Assembly: GCA_031763465.1 (NCBI GenBank)
Contig: JARFOE010000192.1
Coordinates: 11,475,793 to 11,512,513 of the forward strand
Direction of reading: 5' to 3'
Length of the DNA stretch: 36,721 nt
Source of the DNA: Squatina squatina
Taxonomy: Eukaryota
The position numbers and the translations under genes were made by a program. The notes under the pieces were generated by a model. The model was not told where the DNA came from, did not search any database, and saw only the letters and a list, made by a program, of their open reading frames with translations. Shown in pieces: positions 1 through 12,992 of this stretch (the first letter of the stretch is position 1; the number at the start of each line of letters is the position of its first letter).

Positions 1-1385
1 CCAACAGTATTTTGCTTTTGTGCTGATAGAATAGATGGCAGGTTAAGTAGAGATGAGAGAAGCAATTTGTCAATGGTGTGATAGGTTCTACCAATGAGAT
101 GAGATTGGATGGCAACTTTGCTGCTAATGCTTACAGCCTGCAGAAAGCTAGATGTGTGCTGGGAATGCAGTTAGCAACAGCTGAGGAAAGCGACCAGCTG
201 TGAGGTGGGAACTTTTAAAGTACATTTTATGCTGTCATCTAATCAGTTGGAGCAATGGCCACTCAACTCCCGCCTCAGGCTGATAGACATGGTTCCTGAG
301 CTGTGTGAATCCCGTGGGCAGCCAGGGAAATTGGAAAGGTAGGCTGAAAAAGTCGCTTTCGAGTCTCACAACAAGGTGGTAATGATTTGNNNNNNNNNNA
401 GAGAAAGACGCATGGGGGCAGGATAGCGGTGGGTTCTCGACCCTCTGCAACGCACTTCAAGTTTCCCATCTGATTCGCCTCCGATCGTCCCTGCCCAGAC
501 CGCAGAAAATTCCAACCTTGCATTTTCTTGGAATGAATTCAATGCTTGTAGGAAGTCTAACATGCTTTAAACTGCTCTGAGTTGCTGCAGGGATTAACGA
601 GTTATCATGCTTTTGTGAATGTGCAAGAATATCTTAAGGAGACACATAAGTGTAAATGATAAGCATTATTATTTCACAATGGCAAATTATTATTTTGTTT
701 TTTCTCGTGTATGGTGAAATTGCTATTTACATCAATGGAGTAAATGTGATTCTCCAATCTGAATTCACATTGTTTTGAATCTGACTTGATCAAATCATCC
801 TAAGGAACCGAAGCTTGGAGTCTCAGGAACAAGATAGCAATCCATCTATTTTGGCATTCCCATAAAACCTCCTTGCATCTACTACAATTGAATTGATGAT
901 TTTTTTTTTGGTAAGGAGAATCTGCTTAGAATACAATTCATATTGCACCAGCACAGGAATCTCATCCACTGTCTCATTGGGACAATTTACTCAGAAGTAA
1001 GTTGACTCACATTACTGCAACAGCTTGGAAATTATACCAGGTGAAAGGAAATCATGCTGAGAGGTGCTCTGCTTCAGTTTACCATCAGGCAATTGCTCAT
1101 CTTCTACATGAATTATTCAAGCAACTCATGGCTGTGAAGGGTGTAATAATGGTAAATTTGGCACTTCATTCAGACAGTTTTATGTCATTCACAATGACAC
1201 ATCCAGCTGCTCACAGTGCAAGAAACCAAATTCAAGTCAAGGACATTAGATGCAAGAAAAGCACAGGTAGCAGTACTAAGAATAAAGAAAATGTTGACGT
1301 CTTTGTAAGACAAAGGATTGAAGTCACTAATTTTAAATTCTGGAATGAACAAAGGACCTGGAGCAAAAAGTGTGACATATACATG

Positions 1386-1559
1386 AAAGAAAGACTTGCA
1401 TTTATATAGCACCTTTCACGACCACCAGACGTCCCAAAGCACTTTACAACCAATAAAGTGCTTTTTGAAGTGTAGTCACTGTTGTAATGTAGGAAACACA
1501 GCAGACAATTTGCTCACAGCAAGCTCCCACAAACAGCAATGTGATAATCACCAGATAAT
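1386..1559 (-). mobile_element. 3' part of a DeuSINE (SacSINE1/AmnSINE-like) SINE
   Basis: The reverse complement reads ...cctacattacaacagtgactacacttcaaaaagcac...gtgaaaggtgctatataaatgcaagtctttctttc, the recalled 3' region and L2-type tail of this SINE group. Truncated by a gap. Confidence 0.75.
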
Positions 1560-1659
1560 NNNNNNNNNNNNNNNNNNNNNNNNNNNNNNNNNNNNNNNNN
1601 NNNNNNNNNNNNNNNNNNNNNNNNNNNNNNNNNNNNNNNNNNNNNNNNNNNNNNNNNNN

Positions 1660-1866
1660 ATTTCCTGTTTAATGCCATCCCCTACATTAGCACTGCTGTT
1701 TGGAGGCCTATAAACAACTCCCACCAATGATTTCTGTCCCTTGATGCTTCTTAGCTCCATCCAGACTGATTCTACATTTTGATTTTCTGAGCCAATATCC
1801 TTTCTCACTATTGCACTGATTTCATCTTTTACTAACAATGCCACCCCACCTCCTTTCCCTTTTAAA
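1660..1866 (-). mobile_element. CR1 LINE ORF2 fragment, AP-endonuclease domain
   Basis: Translates KGKGGGVALLVKDEI...VESVWMELR...SLVGVVYRPPNS. The GGGVA and YRPP motifs are diagnostic of the CR1 APE domain. Confidence 0.92.
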
Positions 1867-4149
1867 AAGATACAAGAACTAAAGGTTGACTCGAAGAGAT
1901 GATGACAGCGCATGAAAACAGGAATATAATGCAACAGTTGACAATACCCTGATGAAAAAGTGGTGTTGCACGAACCTGGAGGCTGTAAATGGTGTATAAA
2001 TTGTCCCATGCATTCATACCTACCCCTATGGACTGATAAATAGCCAATACCTGCAGAGATTCTCATTACACATGGCAGTTCTTAACCTCTGTCAGGAGCG
2101 GAGAAACAGTTTAGAAGGATTTCATTGTGAGCTAATCTTGCCAGTGACAGTAAAAATTACTGCACTAGTTGATCAGAATACATATTGCTATTGCTGACTT
2201 CACTGAATAAGCAGCTACCTGAAGAGAGAAAGGTTAGTTACGCCATAGCTTCCAGCTTTCAGTCAACCCAGCAATGAAATGAAAATGACAGCTCTGACCA
2301 GGACACCAGTCATAGTTTTATTTTCCCAAATCAATTTCTTACTGTGAAATAAGTAAAGTAATTGAAAAAAATCTCATATGGCACTGTTAACCTTAACTTG
2401 TTCTCATAACTAAATTCCTTGGGGTTTTGGTGCCTGCACTGCATTCTCTTAAAAAAATGACATCCTCCCTGTTATTTATTGTCCACTACTGTACATTGTA
2501 CTTTACCTGCAATTGAACCAGTGCTTTTGAGAATAACCTTGGTGGGGGTGAAATTGGTAACCGCCAGTAGCACAAAATGGGCTCATAGCGAATTGGCAGC
2601 CCGTTTTACACTGTAGGTCGCACACTCTGCTTGCTCCCCAACCTGGAGTCTTGCTGTGCGATGACAGCAGCCCTTCTGCTTCTGCTTTTGGTTATGGGCA
2701 GAGAACCGTCGGCTGTCTGATTCGATTAATATGGACTTATAAGCATATGGATGGTATTCAGAGTTGAGTCAATGAACATACACACACAAACACAGTGTTT
2801 TCTTTAAAAGANNNNNNNNNNNNNNNNNNNNNNNNNNNNNNNNNNNNNNNNNNNNNNNNNNNNNNNNNNNNNNNNNNNNNNNNNNNNNNNNNNNNNNNNN
2901 NNNNNNNNNNNTGCAGAGGATAATGATAAAACAAACACTAACTGAAGTTTTCAGATTGTAAATGGTAAAGTATTGTTGCTTCGATTAAAGAGGTTGACCT
3001 TAAATGTGTAATAATGGCCCCAGCTTTCATTCTTGGCATTGAAACACATAACATCTGCTACTTCTGCAGCCTTAGGAACCAGGGTTTACTGCGACATCCC
3101 TCAACTGCAGTCATTACTTATGTACTAGAAAGTCTCCTGTCTGACATTTGCGGTTTATATAAGCTCCAGTGAGTATAATATTACAGGAGATTTAAAGAAA
3201 GGGAGGAAATAAACTGAAAAAGAGCAAAAACAATTAACTATAGAGTAACACTGAAAAGAATTACTACTTCAAATAAATACCTGCATTAATCACATTATGG
3301 AGACCCAATTGCTTAAGGACACAACTTACATCTGTGATTTATTGCATGAATTTACGATAATTAAAAAAACTCAGTTCTGTCTGATCAATATCATTAAATG
3401 AGGCCAGTCATGTCAAGTGTACATTCACTCAAACCCAGTAAAAGGTTACACAAATTAAGTCAGTAAACTGGCACAAGAGAGTTAATATAATACCATGCTC
3501 ATTGCTCAAAACTGAGCAACATGTACAAATTCATTTGTGTTTCCCATGGTTCAAGCAGTTAATTGAGGTTGCTGTTTGTGTTATATCTCTATACCTCTGC
3601 AGTCTAAAATCTTCTTACTTACACATGTAAAGTTAGTTCACAACTCTAGTAAGAGTGTATCTAAGAACCCAACTGATACCTGATGCTCTCATCACCTCAT
3701 AAATGATTGTCATTGATTGCACGTTTAGACAGTACACACAGTTGTCTGAGGGGATGAAGCAGGAGAACATCTGCTACCTATAGAATACATGTTAAATATA
3801 AATGTAATCCTCTATATACCTGTCTTGACATCACATCATGTTATACCCTTCAGTCTGGCTCAGCAGGAGTGCAATCAATAAAATCTGTATTCCAGTGCTG
3901 CCTTTTAAAATCAACATCCTGCACAGCTTGCTGAAAGAATTGTACTTCATTTAAATTCCATTACCAAGCAATTATAATACTCCTCCCTCCATTCATCATC
4001 ACTGAAATCTCATCCTTTTCTTCAGATGTGCCTGTTAACTATGCCAATTCAATCTGCTTCGGAATGGCCAACCAAGGAAGCTGTGTAGATTTAAAACTGA
4101 TTACGTTGGACATGGTTTGCAGTTCTTGTCCATCTCCACCACTGTGACT

Positions 4150-4312
4150 TCCTCCATTCCTACAACCCCAACTCCCTCTGAACTCTCTGTTCCTCTAACT
4201 GGCCTTTGTGTATCCCCCCCACCCCACCAACCCCTTTCATCCTGCCATTGGTAGCCATGGCTTCAGCCATCTAGGCCCAATGCTCTGGTATTCTCTCCCT
4301 AAACCCCTTTGT
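4150..4312 (+). mobile_element. Older, diverged L2-clade LINE fragment (ORF2 C-terminus)
   Basis: AIGSHGFSHLGPMLWYSLPKPL is a degenerate copy of the GGCAFSCLGPKLWNSLPK segment found immediately downstream. Confidence 0.7.
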
Positions 4313-4321
4313 TATCTCACT

Positions 4322-4686
4322 CTTCTCCATGGCCTTACTCCTCCCTATCTCTGTAATCTCCTCCAGCCCCACAACCCCCCGAGATATCTGCACTCCTCAA
4401 ATTCTGCCCTCTTGAGCATCCCTGATTATAATCGCTCAACCTTTGGCGGCTGTGCCTTCAGCTGCCTGGGCCCTAAGCTCTGGAATTCCCTCCCTAAATA
4501 TCTCTGCCTCTCTACCTCTCTCTCCTCCTTTAAGATGGTCCTTAAAACCTATCTCTTTGACCCTCTGTTGTAATTTCTTCTTATGAGTCTCGGTGAAAAA
4601 CTTACGTCTTAAAATACTCCTGTGAAGCACCTTGGGTCGTTTTACTACGTTAAAGGCGCTATATAAATGCAAGTTGTTGTTGTTGT
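4322..4686 (+). mobile_element. L2-clade LINE 3' end (ORF2 C-terminus, 3' UTR, (GTT)n tail)
   Basis: LHGLTPPYLCNLLQ...AFSCLGPKLWNSLP...SSFKMVLKTYLF, then ...gttaaaggcgctatataaatgcaagttgttgttgttg tail. Confidence 0.9.
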
Positions 4687-5245
4687 AGTAATTATATTAT
4701 GAATGAGTCAATTTAGATAACTTAATTTGAGTATGCTTCATTATTTTTACTGCAGAGTTTTAAAAATACCTTGAACGATGCAAATCTGAAATGAAAAGAT
4801 AAAGAGCACCCAATNNNNNNNNNNNNNNNNNNNNNNNNNNNNNNNNNNNNNNNNNNNNNNNNNNNNNNNNNNNNNNNNNNNNNNNNNNNNNNNNNNNNNN
4901 NNNNNNNNNNNNNNAGACCATGAACACTGGCAAGTTCTGTTTTCTTCTGCTCAGCCCAGTGCAGTTTCCAAATATTGCACAGGGCCTTTGCTGAAACTGC
5001 GTGCTTGTCTCTTGCAGGCACTGACAACACAATTTATGTTGGTTTGGTTCAGCTTTCATACAAGCTCATTCATCCCTGTAATGGAATTACAGAACGGAGC
5101 AGAACATCTTCACATGTAAGAACATTTGTCAATTCCAAGCATTTCAAAAATAACAAGGTATAAATCCTTAATGTGAACTACGTCTCTATTCGGCTTGACC
5201 TCTTGAGTATGATTTTACAATTACTGTGCTTCAGTTGGAGCTAAA

Positions 5246-5250
<5 letters not shown>

Positions 5251-5276
<26 letters not shown>
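5251..5276. repeat. (TC)13 microsatellite
   Basis: Read directly from the sequence. Confidence 0.98.
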
Positions 5277-5999
5277 AATCAGAATTTCACTAGCAGAGTC
5301 CTTTAGCTCAGTGCAATGATAAATTAGGTGTTCCAGAATGCAAATCTAGAGCCACAAGGAACTCCAGGGGCAATACACTGACTCGCAGTAATTTTTATAC
5401 TGACTTATTGGTTTGGAAAAGTGGCAGCCGAGACAGTACATTGGGTGCTATTAGCACCAGTTTAGAATTTTAACACATGGGCTGGAGTGCATTATGAAGC
5501 AAATGAACATCAATAGATGTGATAATATTAATGCTGGGATTAGAGATATTAACCAATATCATCTCATGATAATACACCTTTCAATCTCAGTCTAGTTTGT
5601 GTTTATGAATATTATATATGCAGTTGGGAGTTCATTTAGATGGTGGAGATGTCGTACAGTATTTTTTGGTGTGGGGGAAGGGGCGGAGCTATGGCCGGCA
5701 ATGGATATAATGGTTGCCAGCAGATTTCCTTGATTGAATTAATATTGTATCACATGATATAAACAGAAGTTCAAAGATATAAATTGATTTGAACTGCAGG
5801 GATTGTATTTTATTTCACTACCAGTCATAGGGAGTCATAATATCCCGTGGGTCCCCATAAAGTGCCTGATCCGCATGCTTCGGAGGATTGAACCGCCTCA
5901 CCCCATAATGTTAGGTAAACTCATTAAAATATTTTGCCAGTACTCCCAGTGCATAGTGCANNNNNNNNNNCCAGTCAAAGGCTACGAGCTGAGTGCTGA

Positions 6000-6617
6000 C
6001 AGGATTTTCTGACGAAGGGGGTGGGAGCAAATTCTGCTGGTTAGAATTGAACACTGAACATACAAAAAAATAGTTTAACAACTTGACAATACCTTCATCA
6101 CTGGTTCCATCCCCCTCCCTGGCCACTGTCTCAAACCATACCAAATCACAGGACAATGCCACAGCCACGGAGTAGGTAGATCTAATGATGGTGGGTGAGG
6201 AGAGATTGCGAGGGGATCGGGAAAGCTGACAGATCACAGGGGGAGATGGGGGGGGGGTTTGATGATCGCAGGCAGAATAGTGATCGCAGGAGACAAGTTC
6301 GGGAGTTGGAGATCGTCGAGGTGGAGGGGTCGGACAGGGTAAGCTTGTTGGGCCTGGAGGAAACACTCCTGTTTCTCCTGGTCCATAAGCAGCGCTGTAA
6401 AGGCACTTACCTTATGCTTCCAGCCTGCTCACCTCCTTTTACCTGCTGGGTTTCCCAAGGCCAGGGAAATCCAGCCGGCAGTAGTTAGAAATAGAAACAT
6501 TGTAAAAATGGAGACACAAAGCCTCCTTAAAAGGTTTCAACAACTGACCCACCTCCTGAGAACAGATTGGTTGCCCGTTCCTCCACCTCCACCGCTTCCC
6601 CCACTCCCCGTCCCACC
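6000..6617. mobile_element. GC-rich non-autonomous (MITE-like) repeat, family unassigned
   Basis: CpG-rich island in AT-rich flank with repeated tgatcgcagg units and convergent ggtaag (about 6338) and cttacc (about 6406) motifs. Similar in style to 21225-21590. No credible ORF. Boundaries approximate. Confidence 0.45.
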
Positions 6618-6717
6618 NNNNNNNNNNNNNNNNNNNNNNNNNNNNNNNNNNNNNNNNNNNNNNNNNNNNNNNNNNNNNNNNNNNNNNNNNNNNNNNNNNN
6701 NNNNNNNNNNNNNNNNN

Positions 6718-6762
6718 CAGATGCTGCCTGACCTACTGAGTTTTTCCAGCATTTTTTGTTTG
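6718..6762 (+). mobile_element. Terminal fragment of an abundant shark retroelement, probably a Penelope-like terminal repeat
   Basis: cagatgctgcctgacctactgagtttttccagcattttttgttt at a contig edge, recognised from memory as a common chondrichthyan repeat end. Confidence 0.5.
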
Positions 6763-8156
6763 TATAACCTATCAAGTCCCATATAGCCACAAACTATAAA
6801 AAGACCAATTGGGCGCCTACAAAATCTGCAACAGTGTACAATTTCCTTCCCCCAAACAAGTGAGCTCCCGATGAGAGGCATTGACACACCAAGTGTTCAC
6901 TCACAATATTCAAATTAAGCTGACCATGGACATTTCGATAGGCTCCGTAATAGTGCAGTTTGTTAGGTGGAAGTCCCACCACCCACACACTCAACAGTGG
7001 TCATGCCACTGAGGAAAACCTAGGTAAAAGTGCCCAAAAATGAGCTTTTATCAGAATTTCTTTTGCATTGACTAAAATGCAAACTGCAGACCAGTATTTA
7101 AACAGTGAATTTAATTTAAGCTCCCCGGTGTGTATTATACCTTATCGAATATAAATCACACGGACCCTAATGAGGGCTTGATATTTCATTATGTAGAATA
7201 GCTCCTAATAATTGCAATTGTTGTATTATCTCAATACTGATGAGGGCGACAGAATGATAGCACAGCTGGTTTGTACTTCGTGGTCACTGTGACTTGCCTT
7301 AGGCAGTATAAAGTGATTCCTCACCTTTTTATGTATGAGAAGCTAGGTTGCTGCAGTGAAGAATTCACTGCGGTGTGTGCGTTAACATTTTCAAATACTT
7401 CCCTGAAGGGCTTACAGAAAAGGTTACAGTGATAAACTGAATTTTAAACACACAACTTGACTTTGAGGCATTTGTATGACTATGCCACATCTGGGAAGCA
7501 TTCCTTCAGGCAGGATACTGATTTGATTGTATTCTCCTTCTCCCTATGACCTTTACACAACTGATGCTGGAAGTCACACTGACCCGAACAATAGGGTATA
7601 CACATGCCTGCCCATTCAAGGACAAATCACTAACATAAGCACAATATATTGCAGAATGGACAGTTGTGTGAGTGCGAATGCAGAGTCATTAATAACTTGC
7701 AGCATTAAAGTAGAAACAAAAAGTGTTGTTTCTATGAAAAGCAGGCCAATGAGGAACAAATTATAGCTATTGATTGATTACATTTGTTACTGCATTCTCA
7801 TTTCTTTCTGTAACCTATCCACTGGCTTTAGTTTTTTATCGGTTCAATTTAGTGGAGTTTATGAATTTGTTTAAATTTATACCTAGCATTAACTATACTT
7901 GTGCTCTGCAATCTGTTGAAGGCTTGGAAAGAAATGCTCTACTTGCATTGCTTACTTCCCCAATAGGAGTCAGATCATAGATATGTTTCATATCTGGAAA
8001 TCACTTCATAGCATTTGACATAAATGCTCTCATTATATTTATTGGCATTCATAATTGGAATTCATCCTACCCTCACTATATGGGAACTGTCAGTTATATA
8101 ATGCTATTTTTATTTTAAGGCTAATGGAACTTGCTTCTTGGCTTCATACTATATTG

Positions 8157-8350
8157 GGTAGCTTCTCCCATGGTTCAACAAGTTTATCCAATGAGTCACA
8201 CCGGCTAGGTTCAATCCCCGGTCTGTGTTCAGTTAGCTCAACTCAGCCAAGAAGCTGTAGGATAGATACATTTGGCCTCAGCCCCTTCAGTTGAGGAGGA
8301 AAAATTGGTCGACCTGCCATTCCTGATTACCATCAACTTATCCCTCTGGA
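8157..8350 (+). mobile_element. LF-SINE-like element (5' half, diverged)
   Basis: B-box-like ggttcaatccc followed by ggtctgtgttcagttagctcaactcagcc...ttggcctcagcccc...gaggaggaaaaatt...tcctgattaccatc, colinear with the recalled LF-SINE consensus. Confidence 0.72.
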
Positions 8351-8728
8351 CTTGGTCACGAAGCCTTGATAGTTTGATTGCCAACACTCCATGTCAAAAC
8401 AAATACATGAATTACGTACCAGAGACCAGGCAAAAGGACTGAAATTGTTGGTGAATGAGGCAGCAACGCTGAAAACAGATCATACGGATCTGGGAACATC
8501 AAAAAGCCAAATCCATAACCATTATTAGCATAACAAGCACCGAGGCAAATAATGTTTGGTGGCTCACCATCGTGCAGGCAACTCTGTTGGTGCCTTTGGC
8601 AAAATCTGAGCTTTGGTAGCACAAAGTCCACAGCATTTTCAGACCATCAAATGGGCTTCAGATCTGCACTACTTTGTCAGGGTGATGCTCCAATGTAGTT
8701 AACTGTTTCTTACCAAAATAAGTAAATA

Positions 8729-9060
8729 TAGGGCGCCCAATTGGCACTCCAGCACTCGCACTAAATGGGCGTACAACGGGCATTAGGGGTCTAATGCCCG
8801 TTTCTGGTACTAAATTGGAATTTGCGCAATTGGCATCAGTTTAGCGTTGGTGCTGAACGGGTGCTAACTCAGGAGTGTTAGAAACGTGGCGCTAGGCACT
8901 AAACGGCCTCCGTGACCTCATCAGAGGGTGCACCGCACAAAATGGCCACCTGACAAACAATTGCACTCAATTCTTTGGGCGCTAAACGGGCGGTGACACC
9001 GCCTGGTTTTTTGGGGTGGTAACACCCATGCTGCCCTTTCTATTAGAGTGCAAAATCATT
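8729..9060. mobile_element. GC-rich MITE-like element with internal palindrome
   Basis: Abrupt start tagggcgcccaattgg. Repeated gcactaaatgggc / gcactaaacggcc / gcgctaaacgggc units. Perfect 12-bp inverted repeat at 8775-8802. Confidence 0.55.
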
Positions 9061-10895
9061 GAGAACCATTCCAAACCTTTTTGCTGCATAAATCCNNNNN
9101 NNNNNNNNNNNNNNNNNNNNNNNNNNNNNNNNNNNNNNNNNNNNNNNNNNNNNNNNNNNNNNNNNNNNNNNNNNNNNNNNNNNNNNNNNNNNNNNTCTCC
9201 AAAGATAAATAAAGCAACGTGCTTTGGCATTTTTTTTTCTTAAATGTCACTAAAAGTCATCTTTTAATTGAAACCAATGACCTTTTAAAAGTTTACTCCC
9301 TTCTACTTTTTGGACGCCCAATCCTGTTACCATCTGACATTGCTCACAGCCGGAAACAATTAATGCAAATTGCACACATTAGTACAGAGGGGCTCATTTG
9401 GGATTTGAACATAAAAATAACACATTTTTTGCAGATGCCACACTGCAGAAAAGCTGCCTATTTTATAAGCTGAACGGGACATGTAGTACTCAGAGGAATT
9501 GAGTCAAAACATGTGTTATGTAAGACAATTTCAGTCTGAGCAAATAACTTTCTATTCTTATATTTAACAATACTGTTTGATAAGATGATGGAAAATACAT
9601 ATAGAAAAAAGATAGTTTCTGAGCTCAGCACTTTCAAATAACATTTTCCTTTATATAAACAGTACTTCTACACAATGGTAAAATTAAACCCATGTGGGAA
9701 AATCAGCTTGTCAGCTGCAAATACATATGGTGCGTTGGAATGCAAATGTTATTGTGGATAGAAAATGAAGGAGTCCTGCTCAGCTTCAAACAGACACAAC
9801 TAAATAATGGGGAAAGGTGAATCTCTTCAATGACAATGATCGTCCTCGTATTTTGCAGTAGAAAATAAAGAATTCACATTGGGGAAGAGTCCCTGCAGTC
9901 TCTATTCATAATAACATTACAAATGTGTTTGTGAAGATTTCCTGTGCTCTGTATTTCACATATAATTGTAAACAGGCTTTTTTGAGTTTAAACCAATAAG
10001 GCCTTGATTAGAATAGTGGGCAGAAGAATTTCATATCAGCATGCTCATTATTAATATTGCGCAGAACATTTCCAACATATACTGTTATTCCCCTCCTTAA
10101 CTCATTTTTGACCTACTTTTGCATAANNNNNNNNNNNNNNNNNNNNNNNNNNNNNNNNNNNNNNNNNNNNNNNNNNNNNNNNNNNNNNNNNNNNNNNNNN
10201 NNNNNNNNNNNNNNNNNNNNNNNNNNATGAAATATACAGAGTAATTTTCTCAGATTGGACTTTGAAACAAAAGCCCCTGAGTTACTTGGAGCTGTGACGT
10301 ACAAGATTCACACCAAGTTCACTAGTTTAAATACTTTCATAAATACTTAGTGACCTTGACATTTATCTATAAATGCTTTACGTGTACAGATATTTTTTTT
10401 TGCCTGCCAGTTTAATGGACATGGCGATCCACTTATTTTAATGGGTTAATTTCTCTGTAGTAATAGCGGGCGGGGGTTTTCGTATAAACAGATTAAATGT
10501 TCATACGCTCATATTCATGCAGAGTTTTACAGCCTGGAAACTGGATACATATCCCACATGAGGTGAATCGGGACACCTGTCAACATAAAGTCTGTGGGAT
10601 GGAAATCAAATAAGGTCATGCTGACCCAAGTTGAATGCAATCTCCACAGGGCAGAAACTATAAAAAGAACCTTAGTGTACTGCCTATGTAGGGGTTGAAC
10701 CATAAATGATGGACAATTAAAGTTTTACTGTCAATTCAAGCACTCTGTCATTATGCAATGAGTCTTTTTCCTGCAATATATTTTAATTCAGAAAGNNNNN
10801 NNNNNNNNNNNNNNNNNNNNNNNNNNNNNNNNNNNNNNNNNNNNNNNNNNNNNNNNNNNNNNNNNNNNNNNNNNNNNNNNNNNNNNNNNNNNNNN

Positions 10896-11244
10896 AAGGA
10901 CATCCTCAAAGCCTCCCTGAAAAGATGTAACATCCCCACTGACTCATGGGAATCCCTGGCCCAAGACCACCCAAACTGGAGGAGAAGCATCCGTGAAGGC
11001 GCCGATCACTTCAAGCTTCTCCGACGGGAGCACGTAGAGACCAAGCACAAGCAGCGGAAGGAGCGCGCGGAAACCCAAGCATCCCACCACTTGCCCGATC
11101 AAACATCATCTGCCCCACCTGTGGCATAGTTTGCGGATCCAGCATAGGACTATTTAGTCACCTCAGAACCCACAATACTGGNNNNNNNNNNGGAGTGGAA
11201 GCAAGTCATCCTCGAACCTGAGGGGCTGCCTAAGAAAAGAAGAG
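10896..11244 (+). mobile_element. RTE-clade (BovB/RTE-like) LINE 3' end
   Basis: KDILKASLKRCNIPTDSWESLAQDHPNWRRSIREG is an RTE ORF C-terminus. A frameshifted CPTCGIVCGSSIGLFSHLRTH Zn-finger follows, then a short UTR ending gctgcctaagaaaagaaga. Confidence 0.88.
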
Positions 11245-11925
11245 ATAACCCACTTCTTCCAAACAGTGTGTCAGTGTGTGAAAACTAGGAGGGAATTATA
11301 AGCTACTCTGCACTTATTGCAGTCTACCCATAAACAGCATTCATGTTCATTGTAACAGCAGCAGTAATTTCCAGGCATGATCTCGTCTGATGCACAACAC
11401 AGTATTCTCTGGCGCAGTGGCAAATATTAGAGTTACTGACAGCAGAGTGCATTTTCAGCGATGGACTTTCAGATTAAGTACGCTTGGATAGAATCACAAA
11501 ATATTCTTGTGTCACAGTTGCAGGGAACACAGATGTTTCAAATAACATCAATAGCTTCTCAGGCATAGATTAAGTATAAACGTTATGAATGTAGAAATGT
11601 ACTTTTTCAAAATGGCAAGGTTTGCGAAGAGTGAAAGTTGACTCTACCAGTAACAAATTTGAACTGTGTGACCTGAGGGATTTTGTGCAGATTAATGGCT
11701 AAAGTTCTAATGGCTAAGGTTTGGAGGCATTCACAACCTGCATCTGTGCAACCATAGGAACTGAATTATGCATATGAATTCCCATTACCATGGCAGCTCA
11801 CATGAATCCTTCATCCAACAGCAGTGNNNNNNNNNNNNNNNNNNNNNNNNNNNNNNNNNNNNNNNNNNNNNNNNNNNNNNNNNNNNNNNNNNNNNNNNNN
11901 NNNNNNNNNNNNNNNNNNNNNNNNN

Positions 11926-12325
11926 NTAAAAACATTTAAAGAGACCAATCCCGCGCGTTCAGAGAGCGGTGCAGAAATGCTGCAGAGAACAGACCTTTTC
12001 AGTAACTTAAGTTACCAGCACGGCACAAGCCAATTGGGCCCCCTTAATGTTTAAATGATGGAAAAAATGTATTTTATACTCATTTAAACTCTTACGCTGC
12101 TAAAAGCAGGCCTTATGCCTGCTTTTACCAGGCTTAAGAATTTCACGGGCCTTTGCTGGGCAGAAGTTGGGCAACTGGCACCCCTCTCTGCGGACGGATG
12201 CCCTTGTCCGGGGGATGTGGAGGATCTATCACGGAGATTCNNNNNNNNNNCGGAATTTGCACGGACCTTATAGGCGCATACACACCTTGTACACACCCAT
12301 AGGGGCTGCAAAATATGGGCCATTA
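11926..12325. mobile_element. GC-rich MITE-like repeat (3' portion)
   Basis: CpG-rich segment beside a gap, with an internal palindrome taaaagcaggc...gcctgctttta at about 12100-12128. Ends gcaaaatatgggcc. Boundaries approximate. Confidence 0.45.
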
Positions 12326-12950
12326 CATCACAGCATTATACTGTAGAAGTGAAAATGTTGTGGGGGGTAATCTTGACTTTGGGTGATTGCATATAACGGG
12401 TGATATTGATTAAGTCACCTGTTATACATCTCTCCCGGTTTTCATTTCCCTTGACTCTCATGGAGTCAAGCACAAGAGGAATTTTGGCCCCATAAGAGCC
12501 TCAGATCCAATGGTAGATTTGGAGCACAATTCAGGAGGCCCAACGGGAACAAAATTCTGGTGGGACCTGCAAACGTCAGTTCTCCGCCAGAATCTGATGG
12601 GCATTTAATTTGCAATGGGGTCTGGGGTGGGCGGAGCCACTGTCTGCCCCAAACATGACCAATTTCCTCAGCCCCAGCTTCCCTGCTGCACAGCAACCTG
12701 GACATTGGGACGATCTTGGTGTACAGGTCAGCCATAGGGCCAAATTGGAGCACAACAGGGGCGCCAGATTGGACATCTAAATACCCCAGCACTTCTGCCG
12801 TAAGCAAAAAAACTGCAAGCAGAAAATTGGGTCAGAGACCTAGCACCCATATTGCACTGATCCAGACACCTTTAAAATCTAGAGCAATGTGCACTCCTGC
12901 AGGCGTATATACCCACTGCTAGTGCTTCTAAAGCTAACTTTGCACTTCAT

Positions 12951-12992
12951 AAAGGTTGTGAAAAGTGCTATATAAATGCAAGTCTTTCTTTC
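12951..12992 (+). mobile_element. Isolated SINE/L2-type 3' tail
   Basis: gtgaaaagtgctatataaatgcaagtctttctttc is nearly identical to the tail of the element at 1386-1559. Confidence 0.75.

Noticed and set aside
7236-7262. CTGATGAG as a hammerhead ribozyme core (also about 8918 on the minus strand and about 16874)
   Set aside because: No stem II followed by GAAA and no stem I/III pairing could be built.
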